DNA of 64,000 nucleotides from Eledone cirrhosa. Taxonomy: Eukaryota. The position numbers and the translations under genes were made by a program. Positions 1 to 15,494 of this stretch are shown one piece after another. The notes below the pieces were generated by a model that made no database searches, was not told where the DNA came from, and saw nothing but the letters and a program-made list of their open reading frames with translations. The stretch spans positions 44,605,839-44,669,838 of the forward strand of contig OZ024756.1 of assembly GCA_964016885.1 (NCBI GenBank). Direction: 5' to 3'. Every line of letters begins with the position of its first letter. Position 1 is the stretch's first letter.

Positions 1-29
1 TATATATATACATAAATATATATATATAC

Positions 30-126
<97 letters not shown>

Positions 127-173
127 AATATATATATATATATATACACACATAAATATATATATATATATAC

Positions 174-208
<35 letters not shown>

Positions 209-217
209 AATATATAT

Positions 218-333
218 ATAGGAACAAGTAAAACCCCGACGGCTGAGCTCAAGCCGTTTCGACGGCTAATTCTGTCCAGAATTAGCCGTCAAAACGGCTT
301 GAGCTCAGCCGTCGGGGTCTTACTTGTTCCTAT
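218..333. repeat. Near-perfect palindrome (57-bp arms, 2-nt loop, 2 mismatches) containing the 3' half of a hammerhead motif
   Basis: ATAGGAACAAGTAAAACCCCGACGGCTGAGCTCAAGCCGTTTCGACGGCTAATTCTG-tc-CAGAATTAGCCGTCAAAACGGCTTGAGCTCAGCCGTCGGGGTCTTACTTGTTCCTAT. Confidence 0.95.
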
Positions 334-410
334 TACCCACTCTACTACCCTAAGTATTTAGTACTTTGGTGCGTTATGGTCCACCTGGTTCCTGCCCACA
401 TTTCCTTTGT

Positions 411-498
<88 letters not shown>

Positions 499-521
499 AA
501 TATATATATATATATATATAC

Positions 522-1175
<654 letters not shown>

Positions 1176-2342
1176 TATATATATATATATGAATATATAT
1201 ATACATACAGAGAGAGAGAGATAGAGAGAGAGAAAGAGAGACGTAAAAAGTGTAAAGAATATCTACGTTGTGTTAGATATGACTGAAAGCTGAAAGCAAC
1301 GCGAGTGTTGTGTAAACAATTGGTATGTTGAATTAGCAGAAATACAGGAACCATTTAGAAAGTGCAGCTCACGGCTGAAGTACTGTGTAATTAATAAGTG
1401 TTTCGTCGTCTGGCTGTGCTCGTTTCAAATCCTTCCAGAGATATATATACATATATAGAAGGAATGTTATATAGACAGATTAGGTGTTGCGCGTAGTGTA
1501 TTCGTGGATCTTTGATTGGTGTTTTTGTTTTTATACACACACGGTTCTAGTGATTTTATCTTTAATGCGCTCGTATGAGAAACCGGTGAACACTAATAAT
1601 TAGGCAGTGAAAGTCTCTTTAAACTCGGACAATCAGTAACGTGCACTAACAGAGAACCTGTGCAGGTCAGCGGAATACAACGAGATGGATACTCGACTAC
1701 ATTATTGACCAGCAGTTGCTGATCACAAATGAGAAACAGTGATGTGAGATCAGGCCTATAAGCTCAAACTCCACAAGTACACATAAAAAACAGACAGGAA
1801 AAGTGTCCGGACTATGGAAGTGGGAGAATTTCTTTACTATACGACACCATGTTACCACAACGCCTTCCTACCAACTTGTTCTACCCCCGGCGTATATTGT
1901 ACGATTTTACGTACTGTCACAATGCAAATTGAATGTGTTTACAACATGGCCGTTATTATTCTAAGTACCTAGTTTTGTAATGTGTACACGTCTGGCATTA
2001 TAATTCTACGTACCTGGGGTTATAATGTTGTCTACTAACATTCTCCATTCCTCGGTCCTTCACTGAGCATTCGTGGCCCTACGTTTTATTCTCTTTAATG
2101 CTATTGTATTCGTCCATTTTTCTTCTTTCCACTCATACTATCTTGTGTCACATATTTTAGTAGATAATAAATATACACGCTCTCACACCCAAACACAGGC
2201 ACCATACGCACGCACTCGCAAAATAAACGCACACATATACATATTTTATAATAGTTTTGATATGTATATGTGTGACCAATATTGTTAGCGTTCATGTAAG
2301 AAATTATGTATGTATGTATACAATATATGTGTGTGTATATAT

Positions 2343-2382
<40 letters not shown>

Positions 2383-2911
2383 TAGGTATTTTTGTTGGTG
2401 AGAAGAGAGGACGCGTGCGTGTGTATATTGTATATTTACCTCTGTATCAGCCTACGAAATGCTTCAGAATCTCACATTACCAATCGCGATTGCTTTGAAA
2501 ACCCAATAGAGCTCTATCTAACGAACACGTGTAAGATTTCAAATTAATTTACTGTCATCTTGTGTTATAAACTGTACGTTTCAGAATGTTCTATTGATTT
2601 CTATGCCAAAAACATAAATAGACCTCCCGTGAAATTGTTGATTTTAGAGAGAAAAGTTTTCTACGGAAACCAGGGTGGGGGGTCATCTGTGGAATTCCTG
2701 AAGTAATCTAAGCATCAAATAGTATATACATATACATAGAGATTGTCAGGAGTTCGTCTATATTTGGGTCTTCTTTGATAAGCTGGATATTGGGGCTATG
2801 TTATATGAATGCTATCAACGTGGCTTTTACGTATTCTTGACATTGTATTCTTCAAACAATAGGTTTTCTAAGAAGTATCATTTATATGTGTGTGTGTGTG
2901 TATGTGTGTGT

Positions 2912-2953
<42 letters not shown>

Positions 2954-3085
2954 CAATATCCGTAAGGAAAAAAAAGAAAAAGGGAAAGAGTGCTCAATCG
3001 GGAAGAAATATGTTATTTATGTTCATACACGGAACAAAGGGATACCCAAGGCCAAATACTGACCACACCTCCAGAATACAATATG

Positions 3086-3118
<33 letters not shown>

Positions 3119-4003
3119 TTTAATACAACAACAGACCAGAAATTCATTTATTTCTTGTGTAAAGAAATCTATTCCTAGTTTCGGTTGTTGATAATTGATA
3201 CTCTATAGACCATGAATTCATTTGTTTACTACTTAAATATTTACTAATAGTAATAAATATACGTTCAATATATACTGAATATTCAAAATATTGAACAATC
3301 TATCATCATCATCATTATCCTTATCATCATCATCGTCATCAATAATAGTTATTATTATTATTATATTTTGTTAGCAATTAAATAACTATAGTTGTTTACT
3401 TTTACAAACTATAGAAAATTAACAATCGTTGAAATAATTTAAAATATTTAAAATAATCCTATATTCAAAATTGATAAATAATATGAATCAGATATGAGTT
3501 TATGAATGAGTTCGTAAGTATGGCCGCCACTTACGAATTAAAATAAATAAGAAGAAAAATGAGTAAAATGAAATACATTTCATAACACAGAGATGTTTAA
3601 TGTAACAGAGAACATGTTATCAAAATAAATGTATATACCTCACACCATACGTTTAAAATTATATATATATATCATCGAAAGATATATATATATCAATTGT
3701 ACGGAATAAAAGCAGCTACGCCCAAGAAAAGGTAGAAACAGAGTTCTGGACAAATTTTGTGACCACATAGCTACCTTCCCATACCATGAACTACCGCAAC
3801 CTAAACCCAAACCCAACACGAGTCGAAGGGAATGGGAGATTATCCATGAACTAAAAAACAATACGGACATTATAATTAGGGAAGCGGACAAGGGAAGTAC
3901 TGTTGTCATTATGGAGGCTGAAAAATATAAAAATTCTATGTTCTCTCACTTATAAAATACTAATTACTATGAAAGAGTAAAAAACTACCAGCAATCAAAA
4001 ACA

Positions 4004-5752
4004 ATGACCAGATTAAACACACTGATTTATCGATACCAGGAAGACCTAACTAAAAAGGAACGCGATTATTTAACACATTTTGAATACAAAACCAGCAACC
4101 TTTACGGACTTCCGAAGATCCACAAGTGTAAAATAATTAACGATGCCTGTAAACAATCCACCTCAGCCTGCGTGAACACACAATACCCCACAGACCTTAA
4201 ATTAAGATCAATTGTAGCGGGCCCACAATGGGAAACACACAGACTGAGCAACTTTATAGACATACTACTAAAACCAATTCTCAAACACATACCAAGCCTT
4301 GTAAGAGACGATCTGGACCTCTTAAACCACCTCCCCAAACATGTCAACGACGACACTATTATTGTGTCTTTCGATGTAGTGAATCTCTACACAACGATCC
4401 CACACCAATACGGACTAGAAGCAATAGGATTCTGGCTAGAGAAATATCCCAATGAGACACCTGACAGAATAGAAAAAAGCTTCATCACCGAGGGATTAAA
4501 ATTCATCTTACAGAACAACTTTTTTTATTTCGATGGTAGTACTTACAAGCAAATATCGGGGACTGCGATGGGTACAAAAGCCGCTCCAACTTATGCCAAC
4601 TTAGTCATGGCATACTTAGAAGTCCAGATATATGAACAGTCCAAATCAAAATACGGATTGAACTTCCACAAATATTTATCAGAGAATTGGAAAAGCTACT
4701 TGGATGATTGTCTCATTCTTTGGTCCCACACACTCGACCAACTGAAGGATTTCAAAAACTTAATAAACGGCATCAATAACCACATCCAATTCACAATGGA
4801 ATACAGCCAAGATCAACTCCCATTTCTGGACATCTTAATCTTTAAAAAAGACACAAATATCGAAACTGACATACACTACAAACCAACAGATTCCAAACAA
4901 TACCTGCTATTCACCTCCAACCATCCAAAGCACACGAAGACGAACATTCCTTTTAACCTAGTAAGAAGAATTTGCACAATTGTCTCCAATTATGAAACGC
5001 GAAATAAAAGACTTCAAGAATTAAAAGAAATTCTACTCGAAAGAGAGTACCCACTATTACTAATAAATAATGGAATAGAAAAGGCTAAAGCAATAGGCAT
5101 TGAGGAATTACGAACACAGAAACAAATTCAAGGTACGTCCAATATTCTATCATATATCTCAACACACAACCCAAGAAATGCGGAAGCTTACAACACTATT
5201 CACAAGAACATCCCACTACTAAAACAAAACCCAAGAATGAAAAAAGCCCTTGAAACACACAAAATAATCAAAAGCAAAAGACAACCGAAATTACTGAAAA
5301 CATTACTCACCAATGCCAAATTACCTACCACAAACCCACAACCAAGTGTCAAAAAATGTGGTCGCTCTAATTGTGGAATCTGCACTCACCTCAATGAAGG
5401 CAACACGTTAACATTTAAATCAGGACAAAATTTTACTGTAAAAAATCACTTCACTTGCTCATCAAAAAATCTAATTTATGCCATTAAATCTAAAGGATGC
5501 AATGAAGATTATATAGGACAAACTAAACTCACACTCAGAAACAGAATGACAGTTCATCGCCAACAATTACGAAATCCAACCACGAGACAGATACCACTAA
5601 GCGCACATCTAGACATTTGCGCAAGTAATAAGACACCCAAATTCCAAGTTTTCCCATTTTACCTTTACGCTAACAATACAACAGAACAAATACGAATAAA
5701 TAAGGAAAATATGTTTATTCAAAAATATAGACCAGCATTAAATATGGTTTAA
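4004..5752 (+). CDS. Penelope reverse transcriptase + GIY-YIG endonuclease (partial)
   Basis: YGLPKIHK, SFDVVNLYT, QISGTAMGT, YLDD, LPFLD, HYKPT; C-terminal NLIYAI..C..DYIGQT. Confidence 0.93.
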   Translation: MTRLNTLIYRYQEDLTKKERDYLTHFEYKTSNLYGLPKIHKCKIINDACKQSTSACVNTQYPTDLKLRSIVAGPQWETHRLSNFIDILLKPILKHIPSLVRDDLDLLNHLPKHVNDDTIIVSFDVVNLYTTIPHQYGLEAIGFWLEKYPNETPDRIEKSFITEGLKFILQNNFFYFDGSTYKQISGTAMGTKAAPTYANLVMAYLEVQIYEQSKSKYGLNFHKYLSENWKSYLDDCLILWSHTLDQLKDFKNLINGINNHIQFTMEYSQDQLPFLDILIFKKDTNIETDIHYKPTDSKQYLLFTSNHPKHTKTNIPFNLVRRICTIVSNYETRNKRLQELKEILLEREYPLLLINNGIEKAKAIGIEELRTQKQIQGTSNILSYISTHNPRNAEAYNTIHKNIPLLKQNPRMKKALETHKIIKSKRQPKLLKTLLTNAKLPTTNPQPSVKKCGRSNCGICTHLNEGNTLTFKSGQNFTVKNHFTCSSKNLIYAIKSKGCNEDYIGQTKLTLRNRMTVHRQQLRNPTTRQIPLSAHLDICASNKTPKFQVFPFYLYANNTTEQIRINKENMFIQKYRPALNMV

Positions 5753-6594
5753 TATACATTATGTCAACACCATAACATGCTAACCATCCAAACAGACACA
5801 TACACACACACATAACACCTTCTACTTTAGAAAATAAAAACCCGAACTAAATAAACCTTAACATACGTTTGCACTGACAATACAACAGAACAAATACGAA
5901 TAAGTAAGAAAAATATGTTCATTCAAAAATATTCCTACTAAAGGAATCATTTTCCTACACACACACACACACACAATATATATATATTCTCTTCATCTTA
6001 ACATGCTAACCATACTCCCACACACATAACACCCATACACACACATAACAACCCCCACCCCCACACACCCAACTCCCTCCCCCATTTCTACTAATAGAAT
6101 CACTTTCCTACACACATATATACACACACACAAAATATATATTCTCTCCATCTTAACATACTCCCACACACACACATAACACCCATATACACACACAACT
6201 CTCTCCCCCATTTCTACTAATAGAATCATCTTCCAATACACACACACACACACACACAAGCACACAAATAAACATACATATCTTTACTTTCTTTATTCAA
6301 TAGAAAATCTGAATTCTGACACCCCAGCGAACTAACCATATTCACTGAACCAGAACAATTCTCCCATCCCATTTCTCTTGACCATTATCTTTTACTTATC
6401 ATAAAATTCTCTAAAAAGGCTACAGAATGGATTTCCAAATAAGGGCGCGAAAATTTAATGAAAACTTGTTCACGTGACAGCCATAATTTCATTTATAACC
6501 AATCAAATTACGCTTATTTTAAAAAAAGCCTTCGTGAGCCCCTTTTTTCAAGTAAAAAGAAATTTAAACACTCATATATGAAAAAACAACTTGT

Positions 6595-6645
<51 letters not shown>

Positions 6646-6820
6646 GTTTGAAGAACTTTATAACGCGAACTGGCGCGAAATTTATTATAATTATTGACCA
6701 ACCAATCAAATTACTTCTCGAAAAACCTGACATTTCGAGCCACTCTTTCCATATAAAACAAGTAACATTCAGAGACCAACCAGATGTGAGAAAAACCACA
6801 GACCCTCCATCTCAACTCTA

Positions 6821-6856
6821 CTTTTGAAAAGCAGAAGAACTTCGAAACCGGTAAAG
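6821..6856 (+). ncRNA. HHR motif with U3-A8 core in Penelope 3' UTR (one stem II mismatch)
   Basis: CTT TTGAAAA GCAG-AAGAA-CTTC GAAA CCGG TA AAG. Confidence 0.55.
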
Positions 6857-6983
6857 GAACCAAATAAATATATATATTTAAAAAAAGACTCCATTTGCCT
6901 TTTCGATTTCATCTTTTTTTCTTTATACTTTCACTCGTGTAGGATACCTCAGTTATTTTTCATTTTGTAAAAAAAAACCTCAC

Positions 6984-7055
<72 letters not shown>

Positions 7056-7094
7056 ACTTTTGGCACAAGGCCATATATATATATAATTGTTTCT

Positions 7095-7272
7095 ACTTTA
7101 GGCACAAGCCCAGAAATTACCCAGTTCATTACTGGTACTTTATTTTATCTACCCCGTAAGGATGAAAGGCAAAGTCAACCTCGGCGGGATTTGAACTCAG
7201 ATCGTAAAGGGACGTAACTATGCTGGAAAGCATGGCGTCCGACCCTCTACCGATACTGCCAATCCACCGCCC
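7095..7272 (-). mobile_element. tRNA-derived SINE of the dominant family in this window
   Basis: Reverse complement reads GGCGGTGGATTGGCAGTATCGGTAGAG..GAGTTCAAATCCCGCCGAGGTTGACTTTGCCTTTCATCC, with A/B-box-like motifs. Further copies near 12.4, 17.7, 42.8, 47.1, 47.8, 49.5, 52.5, 56.1, 56.3, 57.8 and 63.6 kb. Confidence 0.85.
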
Positions 7273-7304
7273 TATATATATATATATAATGTCACAGAGA
7301 TAGC

Positions 7305-7476
<172 letters not shown>

Positions 7477-7639
7477 GAGAGAGAGAGAGAGATGCAATTT
7501 ACAAGTCTACATAGCTACACAACTTTCCATCCCTCTTAACTTTTGAAAACCATGAAACTTGTGAAACAGTACAGATTAGAAGTTAAGCAAAGAACTCTTT
7601 GCTTAAAATTTAATCTGTACTAATAATATAAATATATAC

Positions 7640-7731
<92 letters not shown>

Positions 7732-8221
7732 TACATGTATGTGTACTGTTTGAACTTTCGGTGGAGAAATGCATGTGCAAAATGGTATGTTATAGCTAAC
7801 ACATAGCAAAGTACACTTAGAAAAGATATTTAGTGGTAAATTCAATTTCACAACACCTCTGGGGTGAATTTAAATGCTAATAATAATCTCTGTTTTCTTT
7901 CCTCACATGAATTATCTATAGCAAACTTTTAGAGGTAGAGAAACAGGAAATTGGCACTCTGAAAGTCTGAGAGGAGAAATAGTGTAAAGCTTATATGCGA
8001 CTAGATATATATACTTAGCTAGAAAGAGGAAGAAGATAGATGGAGGGGTTTAATAGAACAATCTGATAGTTCCCAATGAGTTGTGTACATTGATTTTCAA
8101 GCTGCCGATGGCAACGAGACGGTATGAAGGAAATACAAGATTTCGCATATAAAGTATTCCAAAACACAAATAGAATATTGATATCCGTGTATGAAAATAA
8201 ATATCATATATATATATATAA

Positions 8222-8330
8222 TCTGAAAGGATAAATGAACACTGGCGAGAACTCCAAGATGGGAAGAACTCATCAGTACTCCACCAACATGCCAAAATGG
8301 AACATCGGGGCACACTAGAGAACATCCATC
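8222..8330 (+). mobile_element. Penelope GIY-YIG fragment
   Basis: Translates SERINEHWRELQDGKNSSVLHQHAKMEHRGTLENI, homologous to GERINEHWRDLQDSKESSVLYQHAKIEHKGKLENI in the ORF at 51634-52059. Confidence 0.8.
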
Positions 8331-8572
8331 TATGAAACGGTCGTAACTATGTATATATATATATATACATTTATATGTGTGTATGTATATATGCATAGAC
8401 ATTATCATATATATTTGTGTGTGAATACATATGTGTATATAAACATGAATTTACGCCAAAAATAGAAAGGGTGGATCAACGCATAGTACTGAAACATAAA
8501 TGTGTGTATATTTATGGAACGCATGTGTATGATGTAACATATGACTCATTAAGCAAAAGAAACAAACATATG

Positions 8573-8733
<161 letters not shown>

Positions 8734-10020
8734 AAGAGAGGGCTGTAGAGGGAGCAGAGAAAAAGATGTTTAAATTATCCGTATCGCCCCGATACCAACG
8801 ATATGATGTCGTGGGTGTCTGTTAAACGAAACCACTTTTGCTTGAACCCTACAATTTGTGAGGGCGCTCGTATGTACATATGGAAGCTCCATTATTACTG
8901 AAAGCAAAGTTTTGTGGTCAGTGTACTTTGTAGCTGACGTTCTAGGTGAGGTTTTCCTAAGTTAGACGTAGACAATATGGAGGTTTGCCAACTGAAATAA
9001 GTTTAGCGAAAGGTAAATAAATTAACCGAATAATAAGTGTTTGTGTGTATTTGTCTGTGAATGTGTGTGTAAATATATTTGTGTGTTTGTATGTGTATAT
9101 ATGTATATATATATATATATTATGTATGTATCTATATGTACATTTATATATATATACACACACATACACACATACACACATCTACATACACATACATACG
9201 CACATGCATATATAAATACATACATACATTCACGTGTGTGTATGTGTGTGTATTTGTCTGGGTGTATATGTATGAGTTCTATTTTTATCAAAAATTTGAG
9301 TTTCTCTTCATTGTTATTCGAAGGTTGTGGAGGGACAGCGTCTATGAGAAAGATATGGAAATAGGGCGCTTGTTTGACGTATGTGTAGTAAGAGCTCCTG
9401 TGAGAAGGGTGTATAGGTAGGGAGAGCGCATGTGAGGAGGGTGTGTAGGTAGGGTTAGGACCTCTGAGAAACGTGTAGACAGAGAGCGCCTATTTGAAGG
9501 ATGTGAGGGAGAGAGCGCCTACGAGAAACGTCTGTAGGGAGAGCGCCTATTTCAAGGGTGTGTAGAGATATCGCCTACTGTATCAGAAGAGCGCCCATTG
9601 GAATAATCTGTAGGGAGAGCGTTTATTCTCTTCTCTGTCTTCCCTTTCATACTGATGAGATCCACAGCATTTATTTTGGGATTGAATTACTGCTGGAAAT
9701 AAATTCCAGAACGCTGTTTCCCTGGAAAGAATTGATGGCGCAGTGTGATGGGTCTTTTTTATACGATTTGTAATTGTAAGATAGAGTTGTAATGAAGTGT
9801 GTGTTGAAATATCCAAGAAATAAGAAGCAGGTATATCGCAAGGGCTTTGGTATAGTGTCTAGGCTGCTAATTCAATGTAGCAACGGGGTTTTGGTGGTTT
9901 TAATTGATTTTCTTTATAGAGAATCGTATTCAAGAAGTGTTGGGAAAATTTCGAATTGAGAAAATACGAATTTTGTTTCATTTTCATTGTTTAATGCAAA
10001 CACACACACAAACACAAACA

Positions 10021-10130
<110 letters not shown>

Positions 10131-10353
10131 TAATGGCTGACTGAATATGCACGTGTTTTTTATTTCCCCCCTTTTTTCCCCGTTCCTTCCTCTTCTTATT
10201 TATCTTCTATTTCCAACTCTATCTTCTAGTGAAGGGCTTGTCCAAATCGTTAAGACTCTCTACTTGCTATTTTTAGTGTTAGACTAATATATTTGTTCAA
10301 TGTACTGTGCCATTTGCTTTGTTAATTCTGTTTACCTTTTACATACCTTATAT

Positions 10354-10398
<45 letters not shown>

Positions 10399-11394
10399 AT
10401 AAATATATATATATATTGATCTCAGGAATTTTACCCGCCCTAGAGTTATATATATATATACATACATATTCAATTCTAGCCTGGCAGACAGAAGTAAGTT
10501 AACAATTACATATGTTAAAATACATATCCTCACTAACAATAACTTCTGTTTAACAAACCCATACACACCAATCTCAAAAAACATTAAGATGCAATACAAA
10601 GGTATAGTTGATTAAATACAGTTAACGTGTCATTAAAAAAATACATACAATAATATTTGTTTGAATTACATAAGTTTAAACAAAATGACAGCGGTAAAAT
10701 TTATTATTTTCATGTTTGAAATTATTTTTCTTTTTTTATTATTATTTTTTTGTGATTGTGTACGTTTATAAAGCGAAGGAGAAGTTTGCAATACAATTTA
10801 ATAACTAGCATTTTTAATTCAGTTAAGTCATCATTGTGATGTTAGTATCGCAGTATCACAATCAAACAATGTATAGGTGGAAAGGAAGATGGAAGATGGG
10901 TGTAACGAAAGAGAAGAACATGGTGAATTGATAAGAAAACTGGAGGAAGAGTAACGTGTCTATACACACACACATTTCGGCGGCGTTCGTAACTGCGTGG
11001 TGGTTCGATCACGCAATCAGCCACGCGATATCACCAGACAGCATCTTATGTAATAAGGTTACGTTTCCGAGTCAATCCAATCAAACGGGCAGATATGTTT
11101 TCATTATCGATGACCAACAATGAAATCGAGTGTGTGTAACTGTGCGTATATATGTAACTGTGCGTATGTGTGTATGCATGCATATATGTATCATGTGCAT
11201 GAATGTTTATATATGATATATATATGTGTGTGTGTGTATGCATCTATATGTGTTTGTGTGTGTATGTATATGTAAAATATATATAAGACGTAGGCAGAGA
11301 ACGAGAGAAGGAGAGAGAAATAGAAAGAGGAGTGAAGGAAGAGAAAGGGTAAACGAGTGAGTGTTGTAAAAAAAGAATAATAGCTGAGAAGGAG

Positions 11395-11780
11395 TGTTGG
11401 TGTGAGGAAATGTTGGTGTGGTGAAGTGTTAGTGTGGGGAAGTGTTGGTGTGGGGAAGTGTTGGTGTGGGGAAGTGTTGGTGTAGGGAAGTGTTGGTGTT
11501 GGGAAGTGTTGGTGTGGGGAAGTATTGGTGTGGGGGAAGTGTTGGTGTTGGGAAGTGTTGGTGTGGGGAAGTGTTGGTGTGGGGAAGTGTTGGTGTGGGG
11601 AAGTGTTGGTGTGGGGAAGTGTTGGTGTGAGGAAGTGTTGGTGTTGGGAAGTGTTGGTGTGGGGACGTGTTGGTGTGGGGAAGTGTTGGTGTTGGGAAGT
11701 GTTGGTGTGGGGAAGTGTTGGTGTGGGGAAGTGTTGGTGTGGGGGAAGTGTTGGTGTTGGGAAGTATTGGTGTTGGGAAG
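11395..11780 (+). repeat. G-rich minisatellite, 16-bp unit GTGGGGAAGTGTTGGT
   Basis: More than 20 tandem units read directly. Confidence 0.95.
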
Positions 11781-12859
11781 GCAAAACGGGTGTGGTTAGA
11801 AAAAGACGAAAGAGAAAAGAAAAGAATTTAGAAGGAAGTTTCATTGAAAGAGAGAAACATAAACCGAGAAAGTGAGAGAGAAAGAGTGTGTGAAAAGAGA
11901 TAGAGAGAGAGATGGAAGAGAGTGAGAGAGAGAGAATAAAAACAGAAAGATAAACAAAATGGAGAGATATAAACAGAAAGAGGGAATGAAAGTGAGAGAA
12001 AGATACACAGAGAGAGTGAAAAGGGAGAGAGTGAGAGGGATAAATGAAAAGGGGGAGAATGAGAGAGAAAGAATAAGAGAGAGTGAGAGAGATAAAGAAT
12101 AAGAGACTAACAAAGAAAATATATTTAAAAGATGAGTCGTGGGGGAGAATAATTGACTTCATCTATATAAAATAAAAGAGAAACTGTTTTCTGTTTTGTT
12201 TTTATAACATGAAGAGGTTTGTTTGTTTTAATTGTTTAGGTTATTTGTTTGTTTCAGAAAAATGGAAAATTTGTTTATTTCAATAATTTGTCATCTTTCA
12301 TACAATCTCTCATTTATTCTGATATAATCATTTCATTTCTAACATCCGCACAAGCCCAGATTTTGATATAATGATATAGTAATTATTTCTACTTTTGCCA
12401 CAAGGCCAGCAATTTGAAATGATGGGGGAAACGAAGGGAAAGTCGATTGAATCGGCCTCAGTGCGTGACTGGTACTTTATTTTATCGATCCCCGTAAGGA
12501 TGAAAGGCAAATCTAACCTCGGAGGGATTTAAAATCAGAATATAAAGGGCCGATCCGCAGAGCATGGGTATCCATCAATTACAATTTTATATATACATAT
12601 ATAATATTGGTTCTGAATCGAAGTTGTATCCGCAATATAGCAGGTACTAATCGATTTGTTTGAGGCACCACAAATCACTCAATGGAGCGAGAAGTGTGAC
12701 ACCAAGAAAGGCTACCAATAACAGTAGCCATACTTATACCACAACAACGATAAATACAAATATATACAAGAGCAAGAATGAAGTATTCATTCTACTGACA
12801 TGGCTATAAAATTGGGGCTTGTTTGCAAAATTGCAAACGATTCGAATGTTATTAAATAT

Positions 12860-13230
12860 GGCAGTGGATTGGCAGTATCGGTAGAGGGTCGGGCGCCATG
12901 TTTTGACGCATAGAGTTGCGGCCCTTGCTATTCTGAGTTCAAATCCCGCCGAGGTTGACTTTGCCTTTCATCCTTATGGGGTCGATAAAATAAAGTACCA
13001 GTAATACACTGGGTTTTTGCTGGCCTTGTGCCAAAAAAGTAGAAAATTATTAATATGGCAGAATTGGTAGAGGGTTGGACATGCTTTCCAGCTTAGTTAC
13101 ACCCCGTTACGATTTGAGTTCAAATCCCGCTAAGGTTAACTTTGCCTTTCATCTTTACGAGGTCGATAAAATAAAGTACCAGTAATATAATGGGTAATTG
13201 CTGACCTTGTGCCAAAAGTAGAAACAATTA
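12860..13230 (+). mobile_element. Two tandem tRNA-derived SINE copies
   Basis: Two successive GAGTTCAAATCCCGC..TTTGCCTTTCATC..GTCGATAAAATAAAGTACCAGT units. Confidence 0.85.
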
Positions 13231-13817
13231 TTAATATTCGAAAAACTCAAGTTACATTTATTATATATATATATATATATATACATACATATATATATAA
13301 ACTATATACGTTACAATAATATGCAAATAAGCAATCTATATATTCCACTTGTACCTTATTGATGCCGAAGTTAGGCAGCAGACGACAAAACTATCAAACG
13401 ATGTTCTTCTCGTTTCTAATTACTTGGTGTATACTTAATGTAAATAAACAGCAAACACAAAACATTGCAATATTGAGTGCACAATTACAGTTGTGATGAA
13501 GTACAGGAGGGTGTTGGTGTTGGTGGTGGTGGTGTTGGTGATGGTGGTGGTGGTGGTGGTGGTGGTGACAGACATTACTTTTCCTCACCAACCATCCAAC
13601 CACTCAACCCTCCACACCTCTCATCATCATTATTTACCATTGTGTGTACAATGTTTACCATATCGCAACGAACGGAAATTCACACATCAATATTTTGATA
13701 TGATTAAATTTATATTATCATGTGAAAATACGAATCGATATTTTATTCATTTTCCTTTTGCGATAAGTAAACAGACACATATGTACTTGTGTGTTTAATA
13801 CGTACAGGTATGCACAC

Positions 13818-13888
<71 letters not shown>

Positions 13889-14036
13889 GAGAGAGATAGA
13901 GAGAGAGAGAGATGTGTGTACTTGTGTGTATAATACGTACAGGTATGCACACAGACACACACATCTATATATGTTTATATACATTTATATATGTGTGTGT
14001 GTGTTTATAATACTTATGTATATAGATATGGATATA

Positions 14037-14074
<38 letters not shown>

Positions 14075-14084
14075 TATATTTATA

Positions 14085-14142
<58 letters not shown>

Positions 14143-14281
14143 TATTTATAAATATATGAATAATTTTGATCAATACACAATAATATATATATTCAGTTAT
14201 ATTGAATTGCAAAAATATATCGTTTTCCAATCATATTTCACATCGTCTGCACATGTAGAATCACGCTTACATACACACTCC

Positions 14282-14356
<75 letters not shown>

Positions 14357-15157
14357 CTGTGTATGTACATATATATATATATAATACACTGAAATTGTAG
14401 TGATTTCCTGGGGTTTACTGAGGAGGTGGGACTCTCCATTTTTCCGTTGTTTTTTTCATTGTCCCTGTCCTGTGCGCGCCCCCTCCCAATGTTTTAAATA
14501 TATTCTTTATATGACTGTGTGTGTGGGGAGGGGTAGGAATCGAAGTTGTAGCCGCAATGTAGCAGATACCAGTCCGAGGGCGTCCGAGGTGCAAAGAAGA
14601 AGCGGCCGGACACGGAAATTGAACTCAGAATATAAAACAAAATAAAAAAAGGGGAATGTAATAAACGCCCACAATGTTTTGACCATCGTTTTAGTAATTC
14701 TCCCATCTTACAAACTCGGGAGAAGAAGAAACGAAATTACTAAGAATTTATAGTTGTGATTTAGTGTACGACAGACTGGGTATTGTATGAACTTGATATT
14801 AACCAGGCAGTTTGTAGCTCAGCCACTCTTTCAAACTCTCACATACTATCATTATGATGTAACGTGACATGACAGCAGAAAGCTGATAACAAGTTTTAAG
14901 TCAGCATCCAAAAATTACTGAACAATAAATGGTTTATATTTTAGTCTGTCAGCAAACACATGCTAAACTGTACTAACTCTATATAAGCCTGCAGGTGTGC
15001 ATGTGTATATACATATATGTGTGTGTGTAAATATAGGTACATGTAGGTTTATGTGAACATAGAGATATGTGTATCTATGTGTGTTTGTATGCACATGTGT
15101 GAAATTGTATGTACAGGGGCATATCTATATGTATGTGTGTATTAATCTGCACATGAG

Positions 15158-15212
<55 letters not shown>

Positions 15213-15494
15213 TTATTTATCTGTACATGAGTATATATATATATATATTTATGTGTGTATTTATCTGTGTGTCTATTCATATGATTAACATTATCTGATA
15301 ATTAAATTATCCATATATTTTTTTGTTCGAATTTACTTCATTATTTCATTAGCAGTATGTATTAATATAATATACACATTTATGTGAAATAAATAGCTAA
15401 AACATCTCGGAGGTTTCAAACGTGTAATGGTCTTATTAGATGGCGGGGATTGTTGCTTGTGGTATGATAGATTGGTGGTGGTTATATGAATGGA

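Larger units (their letters stand above)
3705..6990 (+). mobile_element. Penelope-like retroelement, 5'-truncated, with long 3' UTR ending in (TA)n
   Basis: In-frame upstream IIIREADKGSTVVIM motif, one in-frame TAA at 3953-3955, then RT + GIY-YIG ORF. The 3' region is shared with the copy at 58574-60303. Confidence 0.9.

Noticed and set aside
11191-12162. 323-aa ORF with repeated PHQHFPTPTL
   Set aside because: Product of the 16-bp minisatellite and GA-rich low-complexity DNA
12860-12960. tRNA-like sequences with A and B boxes
   Set aside because: Heads of a multi-copy SINE with a shared body; no cloverleaf
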